A program made the translations under genes and the position numbers. A stretch of DNA of 64,000 bases from Ruditapes philippinarum (Eukaryota), in contig NW_026863645.1 in NCBI RefSeq assembly GCF_026571515.1, positions 248,001 through 312,000 of the forward strand. Reading direction: 5' to 3'. This document shows, one piece after another, positions 51,901-64,000 of this stretch (within the stretch, counting starts at the first letter, position 1; the number at the start of each line of letters is the position of its first letter). The notes below the pieces were generated by a model that saw nothing but the letters and a program-made list of their open reading frames with translations, was not told the DNA's origin and did not search any database.

Positions 51901-54900
51901 CATGTAAATTATCACTAAAATTTTGAATCTTTATACTTTTCCTAAAATCTTAGTACATTTCCTCATGTTTGATTTTATCAAAATATTTTTTTGCTCATCT
52001 GGAGGCATGCAGCTTTAAGAACGAAGTCAAAAAGGGCATGGTGGAATACATTTTACAAATATAATATTCTCAAGTCTTCATCATCTATATCAAACTCATG
52101 CTTGTATACAATTTTATCTTGTCCTAAAATTTGTCTATAGAAATGAGAACTTCACTGGAATGATATGGTTTCTTTGAACAACTGAGTCTGGCTTCAAAAA
52201 ATATCAGTTGTAGTACAAAAATAGAATATTTCTCTTTGTCTGCACAACATCTATACTAGGAGAAGGGTTTACAACATTTAAAAAACTTCAAAAATTACTT
52301 TTGTGCATAGTAGCCATTTCAGTCAAACTTTGATCACTACCTTTTAAAATCTTGTATCATAGTAAGAAAACTCGATCAAACCGAGTCTGCAATTTTCATG
52401 TGATTTTGTGTTGATTAATGCTTCTGAGGGATCACTTTGTTTCCAGAATTTTTGGTTTAAACATTATTTATTTTGTCACAAAGTTTTTAATCAAATAATC
52501 TTTTTATAAAAATCGTTATTTTTGTAAGCTTTGATAGTGAAGCAAGTTTCGATGCTTATTATAACTAGAATTTGCTTCCTGAAACCAACTATTACAGGTG
52601 TCACATTAAGAAATATGGGCGTGGCAACAATTCAACTTGAACAAATGTTCCCTTAGGACGAGAGGCAGACACCTAAGCCGCTAGCCCACTGCTCGAACAT
52701 TTTTTTCAAATATCACAATATAGTTACTGTGTTAATTTAACATTCTACTGATAATCTGGATTTAACATTCTAAACAAAAAATTTAATTTTGAAAACAATT
52801 AATACATGTAGTATCCAGAGGACAATCATACACTTATCCTGATTTAAAACTTCAAAATTGCTATAAAATATATACATCTTTTGAATCATTTTATCTTTAC
52901 ATATAACTGAAAAGTTTAATGGTGTCATTTATTATTAAACTTTCTCTCTTCAATAATAAAGAGCCATCAAACCAACAAAGTGACCAAAGTTTGACTGATC
53001 CTAAGACAAGAAAAAAATATTTAGCATTAGAAATTACGCAAAGTTATGGCAATTAGAATAAGTGGACGTCTTTATCAAGTAAAAAGGCATATTAGTTCGT
53101 TTCGGACAAAGTGAATAAATAGCGCTACATGTGCATATATTAGATAAGGCACAAAAACATTATTAAATCTTATTATTTGACTTACCTTCACAGGCGAGGG
53201 ATAAAATTATTAGAATTTCTGATCTTTAGATGTAGAATAAAAGTTACGAGTATTTCTGATCATTTATCACATTCTGAATTAGAAAATTAGCCAAACATTA
53301 GCTCCAAAATGTAAATTTAATTCAAACTGAACAGGTTTTCTCCGGACCCTATTACATTGTGCATCTCAAAAATAAAATCACATTCTAAAATCTTCAAAAA
53401 TGTGTTTTTGTTCTGATGTACATGTATATTGATATTCAATCAATCCTTTTCAGTTAAGAGGTCTTTAATGTAAGGTTTTACATCAACAAAATTTATAAAT
53501 AATGATCTAACTCACACCTGTGAAGAATTAATCAACCTTAAAATCATTACTTACATTATCTTCATTTTTCGAAAAATAAAAAATAACCTTAATTTGGTAA
53601 AAAAAAAAAAAAAAAAATCAATAAAAATGCGCAAAATTATTCTTACATCTTCAAGGTAAATTTGATAACTTACAACATCTATGAATGTTTCTTTACACAA
53701 GTATGGAAATGAACAAACTCTATTGATCATATTTATTCTAATAAACTAAAACTCCAATCTCGGGACAAATGAAGTTTTTACAATAAAATTAGCCGCCACT
53801 AATAAACAGCAAGTTAATCTTTCTAAGTTAGAAAGACTGTCAAAAAAGCAGGAAAAAGATTAGGAAAAGACAGCTATATAAATAGTAAAAGACAAAGCAT
53901 ATGTTTGAAGATAGTATAAAGTTTTTGACATAACTCACTGTAAGTCTTTGTAAGTAAGAGATCAAACTAAATATTTCCAGTACTAATAATATACGGTTTA
54001 GAACTTTGAAAAATAATTTTGTCTTTGTATGTAATCTGTGTCCAATGTTCCGATATAAACATTTTTCCCCAGTCACTCAAACGGTCAGATCTCGCACTGC
54101 GCTGTAAATAATATTTCAAAGTACAGTATAACAGTATCAATACTGGAAGTTAAAATTCCATCTCCTACCCACATAATTATCTCCCTTTAAAAGAGCATAT
54201 TTAAAGGGAAATAATTTTATTTCCACTAACAGTGAGATATTGCCAAAAAACAAAAATACATAGATAGATTCTCCTCAGAAAGCTTTAAATATCTTATTAT
54301 CTCCAGATGCTTCAATGCAAAGACAAGGTAAAGAGAATTAACTTCATATAAAGGGATATATATATATATAAAAACACAAAAAAGGTTAAAAATAATTAAT
54401 GCATTTTGGGAAGAGCTGCTCTTTATATACAAATAATTCAACAATCTCTTACACAACTGATGAGATCAATTTATGGTGATCTTGGAATTCCCGCCTTATT
54501 TTAAGAATCGAATTTACTTCATTAGTAAGTTTTCACAATCTTTTAAAACATAGCACTAAGATTTAATTAGAAATTGTACTTCTCAGTCTTATTTTATAGC
54601 TTGTACCAAATTTCTATGAAAGCTGCCTGGAGTATATCTACATAAAATCAAAAATCTATACTATAAAATGAAGTGAGAAAAACAAATTTTCTCACACTTT
54701 CTAGCGACAAAAAAAAGAACACATCAAATTTTAGATTTTATATCCGAAATTAATTTAAGCACATGAATTGATCTCTTCAGTCGTATATAATAATATTTTA
54801 TAATAATGGCAAAATGCTTATAAAAAAATCACAAGTGAGATATAAATGATGTAATAATTATGATCAATGCAAAAAAAAATATAATGAAATAAATGTGTAC

Positions 54901-55678
54901 ATACTTAATGTGTTATAATGATAATGCAAAAATAACAACCACATTCTAATGGTTACATATTTTATAATATAACATTACAATTTTTTATCGCTTTTTTTTT
55001 TGTGAATTTTTTTTCCGCATTTTGAAATACAAAATATAATCTTATGCACACATATTTAACATATATCATCATCATCATAAGTGTTATTTCCCTGATACAT
55101 GTAATAAAAAATTGTAAAGAAAAATATATGTGATACAACCACATTGCTATGGCTACAAAGTGATTCTTACATCTAAGTCTTTCTTATGCACACTTTTTAT
55201 TATGAGGAGCTCATGGATAGGTTATCTTCAATTCTGCCTTGCGAAAAAAAACTCTAGCCAGAAGAATTCTTGCAGTAAGTCTTTTGTATCCTGGCTAGAT
55301 TCGCCCTTTTTCTTCTCAAAAAAAAAATTCACCATGTTGTCCATTCACATATAGCAACCTTTGAATGATTTTCTTAGCCGTATAATAAATGTTTGTCTAT
55401 TATGAACTCTGTAAAAAAACTTACTTAAATGAAAACATGTACAGGTGACGTTTTTTGACTGTCATGGGCTGGAAAGTGACAATATGAACAAAAACATTCC
55501 CTATTCGCTTTATCTGCCTTTTAAAAAACATTCCATTTTTGAATTTTCCAGATTCGTTTGTTGCTATAATACATCAACTGTTCACAAATGATGCCTGGTA
55601 ACCATTTTCTTTCCTTATAAAAAATGTAGTTCAGCATCATGTTACCATGGCAATCAAATAATGTAAATGACCTTGACC

Positions 55679-55768
55679 TCACAACCAGGTGAGCAGGCTG
55701 TCATCCATTTTGTTGGATTCTAAAACTGTCTGAACATCATTTAGCAGCTCATTACTGATATCATCAGC
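55679..55768 (-). CDS. YAP1: YAP1/Yorkie last coding exon (ADDISNELLNDVQTVLESNKMDDSLLTWL*)
   Basis: Matches the human C-terminus LSSDILNDMESVL..KLDKESFLTWL, including the PDZ-binding LTWL. Acceptor CCGCAG; stop TGA. Confidence 0.95.
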   Translation of the reverse strand, partial: ADDISNELLNDVQTVLESNKMDDSLLTWL

Positions 55769-55928
55769 CTGCGGGGGGAGAGAAAAAACAAAATTAAATT
55801 ATCTCATTATAATACCAGGTAAAAGTGTAATAAATCAAAACATCTGTTAACATCAGAACTTCTCCCTAGAAAAAATCGTATTCTCCAAGACCAGAAAATT
55901 TTAGGGAGAAGTGATTTCTCCCTCCTTT

Positions 55929-57524
55929 AACAAGAGGGCCATGATGGCCCTGAGGTCGCTCACCTGTATATAGCCCCCCCCCCCCCCCCCAACGTTGCAG
56001 GGCCAATTAAACCCAAGGGCTTTTATTTGCACAAACTTGGTAGACACCCATAAGAAGATGTTTCATGCTTAACATCTAAGCTCTTGCTCATTGGGCTTTT
56101 TAAAAGAAGATTTTTTTTAAAGTTTTTACTATACACATACAGTTAAAAACAATGACACCCCTGGGGCCGGGCCAGTTTTGACCCCAGGGCTTTTATTTGA
56201 ACAAACTTTGTAGACACTTACTAGAAGATGTTTCGTGCTTAATATCTAAACTCTAGCTATTTGGGTTTTTTCAAAGAAGATTTTAAGTTTTTGCTATAAA
56301 CATATAAAGAAAATCAATGACCCCCGGGGCTGGGCCAATTTTGACCCCAGGTCTTTTATTTGAACAAACTTTGTAGACACTCACTAAAAGATGTTTTATG
56401 CTTAATATCTTAACTCTAGCTATTTGGGTTTTTTCAAAAAAAGATTTTTTAAGTTTTTGCTATACACATATAAGGAAAATCAATGACCCCGGGGCGGTGC
56501 CAATTTTGACCCCAGGGCTTTTATTTGAACAAACTTGGTAGACACCTATTAGAACATGTTTGATGCTAAATATCTTAGCCATAGCTCTTTGAGTTCTTTA
56601 AAAGAAGATTTTTTAAGTTTTTACTATATGCATATAGGGAAAATCAATGACCCCCGGGGCGGGGCCAATTTTGACCCCAGGGCTTTTATTTGAACAAACT
56701 TGGTAGACATCCATTAGAACATGTTTCATGCTAAATATCTTAGCTCTAACTCTTTTGGTTCTTTAAAAGAAGATGTTTTAAGTTTTTACTATATGCATAT
56801 AGGGAAAATCAATGACCCCCTGGGGCGGGGCCTATTTTTGACCCCAGGGCTTTTATTTGAACAAACTTGGTAGACACCTATTAGAACATGTTTGATGCTC
56901 AATATCTTAGCCATAGCTCTTTGAGTTCTTTAAAAGAAGATTTTTTAAGTTTTTACTATATGCATATAGGGAAAATCAATGACCACCCGGGGCGGGGCCA
57001 ATTTTGACCCCAGGGCTTTTATTTGAACAAACTTGGTAGACACCCATTAGAACATGTTTCATGCTAAATATCTTAGCTCTAGCTCTTTGGGTTCTTTAAA
57101 AGAAGATTTTTTAAGTTTTTACTATATGCATATAGGGAAAATCAATGACCCCTCGGGGCGGGGCCAATTTTGACCCCAGGGCTTTTATTTGAACAAACTT
57201 GGTAGACACTCACTAGAAGATGTTTCATGCCAAATATCTAAGCTCTAGCTCTTATGGTTTTTTAAAAGAAGATATTTAAAGTTTTTTCTTTCGGTTGCCA
57301 TGGCAACCAGAGTTCTGCATGGAATAAAATTCTTTGAACAATTTTTAAAGGTGACCACCAAAGGAACATTCCTGTGAAGTTTGGATGAAATTGGCTTAGT
57401 GGTTTATGAGGAGATGTCATTTAAAGTAAAAGTTTACGGACGGACGGACGCCGGACGGACGGACGCCGGACGAAAAGCGATCACAAAAGCTCACCCTGTC
57501 ACTTTGTGACAGGTGAGCTAAAAA
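55929..57524 (-). mobile_element. HINE-like element, family A, about 8 units of 166 bp, in the last YAP intron
   Basis: AACAAGAGGGCCATGATGGCCCTGAGGTCGCTCACCTG ... GGAC microsatellite, then AGCTCACCCTGTCACTTTGTGACAGGTGAGCTAAAAA. It is an inverted homolog of 233-1587. Confidence 0.85.
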
Positions 57525-58085
57525 TAGGGGAGTAGTTTTGAAATTTAGGGAGAGAAAATATTTCACACTCATGGAGAAATTGGAGGAGTAGTTTTGAACT
57601 TCAGGGAGAAATTATGCTATCACATCACAGCACACTGTTCTTACACATTATCAAGCTATATGACTGGTGTTTCAAATTTTCTATGTCAGGATATTTATTC
57701 ATAAAATCTACAATATTTCACAAGTATACACCCATGAATATCATCTAATTTATAACAATATGTTTCAATTATCTTAATTTTATATTGTGTAGTACACAAG
57801 CTTTTACATAACTTGCTTAATAACCCTTACTATGCTATGTTAATAGTACTTGAAATGGACCTGTCCATCTTTGAATCTAGATGCAGCCAGTCATCGTCTT
57901 CAGGAAAATATTAAACATATACTAATTGAATGGCAGTGCGGACCATGATCAGTCTGCAGGGATGTGCTGGCTGATCTTAGTCTGCACTGGTCACATGGGT
58001 AAAATCTGTTGCCACAAGCAGGGTGCAGGTTAATTACTGTGTCCGTTTTATTTACTACGAGACAAGATATAAGATATAAAATTAC

Positions 58086-58180
58086 CTGTAAGCTTGGTAC
58101 AAGGTCGTCACTATCCATGTTTGAGTGTTCTGCATCTATACTTCCCATGTCCATGTTATTGAAATCGCCTTGGCGATGAC
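58086..58180 (-). CDS. YAP1: YAP1 exon (GHRQGDFNNMDMGSIDAEHSNMDSDDLVPSLQ)
   Basis: Aligns to human [23 protein letters not shown]. Phase 1-0, donor GTAATT. Confidence 0.9.
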
Positions 58181-58860
58181 CTACTTGTATAATATAACAA
58201 GAATTTCAATAAATCATTTTTCATCATAATTGCATACAGTACACTGGCTTGTTAAGTACCAGTGAATGCCGAGAGTCAAATTTTCTTGTAAATGTAAATG
58301 TGATATGTACCAGTTCATTTAGTAATCATAGTAGTATTACAATAAATTTTTTTTTTCTATAACATACAATTTTTCTACCTTTTATTCTGTTAACAGAATA
58401 AAAATATACAAATCTACTTCCAGTCAACAATTTAATGTAACAATTTTTATGTTAGCTTGATGAAACATCTGGTCAATGGAGAAAGGGGTAATGATCGCCT
58501 TTTTACCCAAAGTGAAGTCTGATAAATTTTCAGGAAAGTTGTTTTTTTTTGCCTGTGATACAAAAAGAAAGAAATATGCCCCCTCATACAAATCAAAATA
58601 GCCTTGTATACTGATGCTCTTTGTTTTATAGATAGCCTCATGTTTTTATGCTCTCTCTATAACTAACATTAGAACAAACGTAAGAATTATCATGGTCATG
58701 AATTGTTGTGTCCTAAAATGATATAACGAAAACAATTTGTGACACCCACAAAAGAATTCCATAGTAACAGTACATCCTCCACACAACAAATAATGAAATG
58801 ATAAGTGAAATGGGAAGGATGAAGATGACAAAAAAAGATCTACAAGACAACGGTACATAC

Positions 58861-58947
58861 CTCCGTCTTGCGCATCCATTTCGCCAACGTTACTCAGGAA
58901 TTCTTCAGGAGTTCTCGGTACAAAACTGGTCCCACTTCCCATTCCTC
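58861..58947 (-). CDS. YAP1: YAP1 exon (GGMGSGTSFVPRTPEEFLSNVGEMDAQDG)
   Basis: Aligns to human YSVPRTPDDFLNSVDEMD. Phase 1-1, donor GTATGT. Confidence 0.93.
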
Positions 58948-60154
58948 CTACAACAATCACAAAATAGCATGTTTTTTTAAGTTCCTGCAATTTGACTCAA
59001 AAGATCTTCTCGAAAAAAAAAATAGCTGAATTTTTTTCCTATTATTAACACATTTATTTTTACGCCATCCAGCAAGCTTATCAAAGGTCAATGATTCTAA
59101 TGAAGACTCTGCCAGCTTGTGCCTAAAATTATCCCTGAAGCACCATAGATCTTTCTTCCCCCGTAAAGTTAGAAATTTGTCATATGGCGTTACAATATCT
59201 GTATTACTTCAAACCCCAACAAAATACACTATGTAAATTTTATAGCTTATCCATTTACATTTAAATCTTTAATGTCAATTTAAAAAACTTGCAATTTTTT
59301 CAATCTTATGAAATTTTCCCCATTGCATGTATTGTACTCTAACCTTATACCTTGTACACTGCCACCCTCCTCAGTATATATGCAGAAAGAACAATGTTAA
59401 CAAAAGAGTTAATGTTATGAGTCATGCAAGCTATTTGTTATTGTTAGATTTTAAAGTAAATTTGTCCATAATGGAAGGTTTAAATTATTATGTTGATAGT
59501 ATCTAGTATGATATATAACATATGATATATGACAACAAACCACCAAAAAAATAATATATGTATGTTGTTGGTTGGTCGGAGATACATGATCCAATTCTAC
59601 ATAGTTCTGATTCTACATATATTTATATAGTACATAATAAAATGTTCTTGAACGAAATACTGTTATTTGTCATATAAATGTTCATATTATATCACTTAGA
59701 ACTCTATAAAAAAAATTTTTTTCGAGAATTTTTTTTATAAGAATATCCAAATGATACAGTTCTACAGTTTTTAAATCTTTTTGAAAAAATATTCATAGAA
59801 AATGTGCCCAATGTAGATCAATCCATATTAAGAGAGCAAAAACATATTAGATATATTGTAATATTAATCTATAATTATTCTAGTGTTTTAAATAGATGTT
59901 ATCTGGAACTCGGCTCATGTGGCGTTGTTTTTTCCCCCAAGCTTATCCCGATACAGACAATTTTTTTACTGTTAAAACTTCACAGTACACTACTTTTCAC
60001 TACTTTTCACAACAGATAAGTAAATCTGTGGTGCTTAATTTCACAGTTAATATATATTCACAACAAAAATCAATACCCCAATATTAGCCAAAAAAAATAA
60101 ATTCTTAATTCCAGAGTAAGTGTATTTTATGAAAGAAGTTATTAAGAATCGCAC

Positions 60155-60269
60155 CTAGACCTGAATCAGTGCTGCCCTGTCTAGCATGTAAATCTGTGGC
60201 ATTCGACTGCCCTAAGAATGGGTCTGTTATTGTTGTTAACTCTGTATTAGAATTCCGTAATGCCATCTC
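60155..60269 (-). CDS. YAP1: YAP1 exon (EMALRNSNTELTTITDPFLGQSNATDLHARQGSTDSGL), with LATS site and degron
   Basis: Aligns to human ELALR...DPFL...HSRDESTDSGL. Acceptor TTTCAG, phase 0-1. Confidence 0.93.
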
Positions 60270-61065
60270 CTGAAATGTAATTAAAACTATATAACTTCAT
60301 TTATAACAGGAATAAAACAAGTCAACATTATTGTTACATGCTAACTTTAGATAACCATTTGACATCTAGAGTTAAATGCTGCAATATTGGAACTTTCTAC
60401 TGGTAAAAACAGGTCAGGCATTTGAATTATTATTATTGAAAGGGTGGTTATAGAAGAAATCCTTTTTTGCCAATGAAATCATATAACTACAGCAGTTATT
60501 TGCATCGTTAAACTGTGGTTTTTAATGTTTTTCAAAACAGTAGATACGAAACTTTAAAAGAAAATTGTGACAATCAAAACATACAAGTTTTAAATGTTTA
60601 AGACAAATTTTTTGAATGTTTAAGTGTTCATTGTGAATGAGCTATGATAGATAAACAATGGGAATACAATAAGGTAGGGAGCCACGGTAACTTTCTAGGT
60701 AGGATGGACAGCAAAACAAAAGGTTTATGATGATTGGATAGGGGTGTAGGAGTGTAGGGGAGGAGGTCATGTGATATTCCCGCTGATAATCAGAAGTTTA
60801 CAATGAAGTTTGAGGTAGGCTGTTCAATAATGAGATGATAATCAAAATGATAATAATTTGTGGGCTAATAAAGTGTGACACTTTAATAGCTAAACGTAGG
60901 TTGATTCCAAAATGTTTACAATGTAGACTTAAGGTAAATTGCTACTTAACAAAATCTCCAATATGTTGACAATGTGGGTTGAAGCAGAATTTCATTTTAA
61001 CAGCCCTGTCTTAAGTTATTGAAAGATGATTGTTGCTGATATAGTGAATGAAATTTAGCAGATAA

Positions 61066-61096
<31 letters not shown>

Positions 61097-62754
61097 TTTT
61101 TGAACATTCTATTAAGAAATATGGACTGAAAGCCCAAATTTTACAGCTATAAAAAAGGTTTACTGTGAAATGAGAAGTGATTTAATAGATGTTATCAAGA
61201 ACTCGGCAAATGTGGGTTTTTCCAATCTAATCCCGTAGCACAAACTTTTACCGCCAAAAAAGCACTAATGTTCACAATAGAAAAGTCAACATTTTGCACT
61301 AAATTTTGAAGCTGTAACTGTATAAGTTTGTTTGTACCCCCGGATTAGCTTGGAAAAACCCAACATATTCTTTATTCTGGAGTAAGTCTATAGTGCAATG
61401 ATTACCACCAACAGAATGTTTGTGTCAGGGATATATAATATTGTGGCATTTATAATTACCTGTACCTGTACAAAAGTACATGTATAAAAGGAAATAAAAT
61501 TTTAATGTGACTTTTTTTTAACCAAATTAAAACATGTATAATGAATGAATGCCATTCTGTCGCTAATTAATTCTACAAATGATGCATAAAATGAACAGTT
61601 AGTAAAGGAGGTTATAGGCCTGTTTTAAAACAGTTGTTCCAATTGTGACTTTTTAAAAGTCTCCAATAAAGATAATATTATCATATTTCCTGATTCTTGA
61701 ATATATGACCATGAATGTTAAGGTTATTCATGTCCCCCAGCCCCCAAAAGATATTGAAATTTTTTCAATGCAGTTGTATGTAAACATAAATCACCTATCC
61801 TGCAGGTAAAAAGTGTGCAAGTGTGAATATTCTATGTCTAGAAAGTAGATGATACAGTCTGCGTTACAATTGCAAGCAGAGAGACAGTTAAACATATGGT
61901 ACATACAACATACTTATAATTTATTGATTTTGGGGAGGGCTAGTTAACTGTTTTACTAAAATCCTGGTTAATAAGTTTGTGTACCCATTTTTATTTTCTT
62001 CCTTTTTCCATTGGATTGGAGCTAAACTTGTTCAAGAAATGAGGAAAGCAGAAAAAACACCAATAACATCAGTCAATGATGATTTTAAGTCATTTAAAAA
62101 TGATTTTACAATAGTTTAAACTTAATAATTTGCAACATTTATCAGGAAGGATTCATTAATTAGAGACAGAATGGTGTATGGCAGTTTCTAAGATGTCTTG
62201 CAGAGCCTTAACTCCTTATCTATACTCCAAATTTTGTAAAAACATAATGTAATCATGTTTTTTCTAAACCTACTCTTTGCAATTGTAAATTTTGATACTG
62301 TTGATTTAGATATGACACTTTTTATAGATAAGTTCTTAGAATTAAATAATACCCCTTTGAAATTTTTGGAAGATGGCATAAGTGTGAGATAAACAAAGAT
62401 GAATGGAAAAGCTGTTGACTTGAGTACATACCAAAAACAATACCAAAATTAATGCAAAATTAGGACTTAAAAGTAAACACAGCAATATATCTTTTATCAT
62501 TTAACTCAAATGACACTTATTCATCTATTAATCTTCAATTATTTTTACCATTTTAGGATTTACCAGACCTATTTTTAATTATTCGTTTCAGAAAAAAAAG
62601 AATAAACTATACAGTTTTGTAATTTTACATAAATATATTATGTATTATGAATAGGACAATTGTTGCTATGAATAGGACAGTTGTTGCTATGCAAGACATC
62701 TCAGTAATATATAATGGAATGAGTGCATACAAAATGTACCTGCTCAAGTTTTAC

Positions 62755-62936
62755 CTGTCTGTTGAGCTCTTCCTGTCGCTTGCGTAACTGTTCCTTCTCT
62801 TCTTGTAATTTCTGTAGTGCCGTTTGTTGCTGGGCAACCGGTTGCATACCTCTCTGTTGAGGATTCGCCCCTACCCCCATCGGAGCCTGTGGATGTACTG
62901 ACCCTGGTCGCACATTCAATCGTTGCATATGCATAG
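62755..62936 (-). CDS. YAP1: YAP1 coiled-coil exon (MHMQRLNVRPG...LQKLQEEKEQLRKRQEELNRQ); upstream WW and TEAD-binding exons are not visible in this window
   Basis: Aligns to human [21 protein letters not shown]. Acceptor TTTTAG, donor CAG|GTAAAA; phase 0 joins the next exon. Confidence 0.9.
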
Positions 62937-63119
62937 CTAAAATGAATAGGGAAAATGTTGAAACTGTGCTACTTTAAAACACAAAAAGACAACAATTACT
63001 TTCAAATCATTTGTTAATGCATTCATAACACTAGCAGAGACAAATGATTCAACTACAAAATAGGGGCTCCATGAGAATTTATGTTAAAGCAATCTTAACA
63101 ACCTACACAAAAAAATCTA

Positions 63120-63345
63120 TAACAAGATGGTAACATCTATCAAGAATCTGTTTTTCTATTATCAACTCCGTTTGCAGACAGGGTACAATAGTAATCTGTT
63201 TTGGTAAAGGACAATCCAAAGATCATCCCCATTCTATTTCATCATAATTTAAAATTTGATGTGGTTTAAACTTAGATGTTGATTAAAACAAATGACATGC
63301 ATAAATTTCACAATGCCCTGTCTGTACTCAGGTGAGCTAAAAAAA
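63120..63345 (-). mobile_element. Short degenerate HINE-like remnant
   Basis: AACAAGA at the left and CAGGTGAGCTAAAAA at the right. Confidence 0.35.
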
Positions 63346-64000
63346 CAATCTATATTGATAATAAGATCAACAAAATTATTCCGCTGAAGTAACTTTATTT
63401 CATATAATATTTCAAGACTTCATTTCCCCCCGTTATTCTAAATATAATGTCAAAATGATGATACAACATACTTTTAATGCGGATATAAATTTCTGTCTAA
63501 TTACATGCATGACTGAATTGGTGTATAATGATCAATGAAAACTATTTGAAACTTTCAACACACAGGAAAGTGATTTCCATAAATAGGTCATTTCAATATT
63601 GGGAATCTCAGTACGACTTTTAAAAGATGTTCTGGGTCAAGGGTTATAAATGAATGTTTTAAATTATATTTGAACAATTTCTGGTATATGACTGTCCAGA
63701 AACAGACGACACAGATTGTACAATGACCAATGAATATCTCTAACATTTGAGACAAACAAATAAATATCAACAATCAGTGAAAATAATGTTTAGGATAAGA
63801 TCAAAAAGAGCAGAGTAAAACAGTTTATTCAATCTGATGGCAAAAGTTAAGTATTCTTGCCTAGAATAGGTGTGAAGGTCTAAAGTAAGTATTTTTAGAA
63901 TTGGTAAACTGAAAAACCTAAAATGACTTTAGAAAGACGCCTTTTTCTTCAAAATGTTCCAGCTTAGAAGAAAATTTGCTTATATTCTCACTACTAGAGT

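Overview
AT-rich, intron-rich animal genomic DNA. The repeat families point to a bivalve mollusc, which is an inference and was not checked against a database. Three genes are visible. (1) The 3' part of an unidentified + strand gene, whose terminal exon (18161-19059) encodes a short helical-looking motif followed by 16 AKPTVPAPVG-type decapeptides; a candidate 18-nt microexon and other candidate alternative exons lie upstream. (2) A complete six-exon BAP18/C17orf49 (SANT-domain chromatin-complex subunit) on the - strand, 42990-32055, 160 aa. (3) The last five coding exons of YAP1/Yorkie on the - strand, 62936-55679, ending ...LLTWL. Introns and intergenic DNA hold many non-autonomous Helentron-like (HINE-type) elements carrying 145-167 bp satellite-like arrays, several of them nested. 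They also hold a 5'-truncated LINE, an internally deleted DD41D Tc1/mariner, palindromic MITEs, tRNA-derived SINEs and a 4.5 kb 29-bp minisatellite just upstream of BAP18. The most unusual structure is around the frame-symmetric BAP18 exon 3: two tandem arrays echo its own splice-site sequences, antisense upstream and sense downstream. Other highlights are a tandem alternative donor in YAP at the same position as the human VRPQ extension, and modular swapping of termini and cargo among the HINE-like elements. Parts of 9.7-11.8 kb and 15.8-17.3 kb look like poorly polished assembly. All coordinates were read by eye; TE boundaries are approximate.
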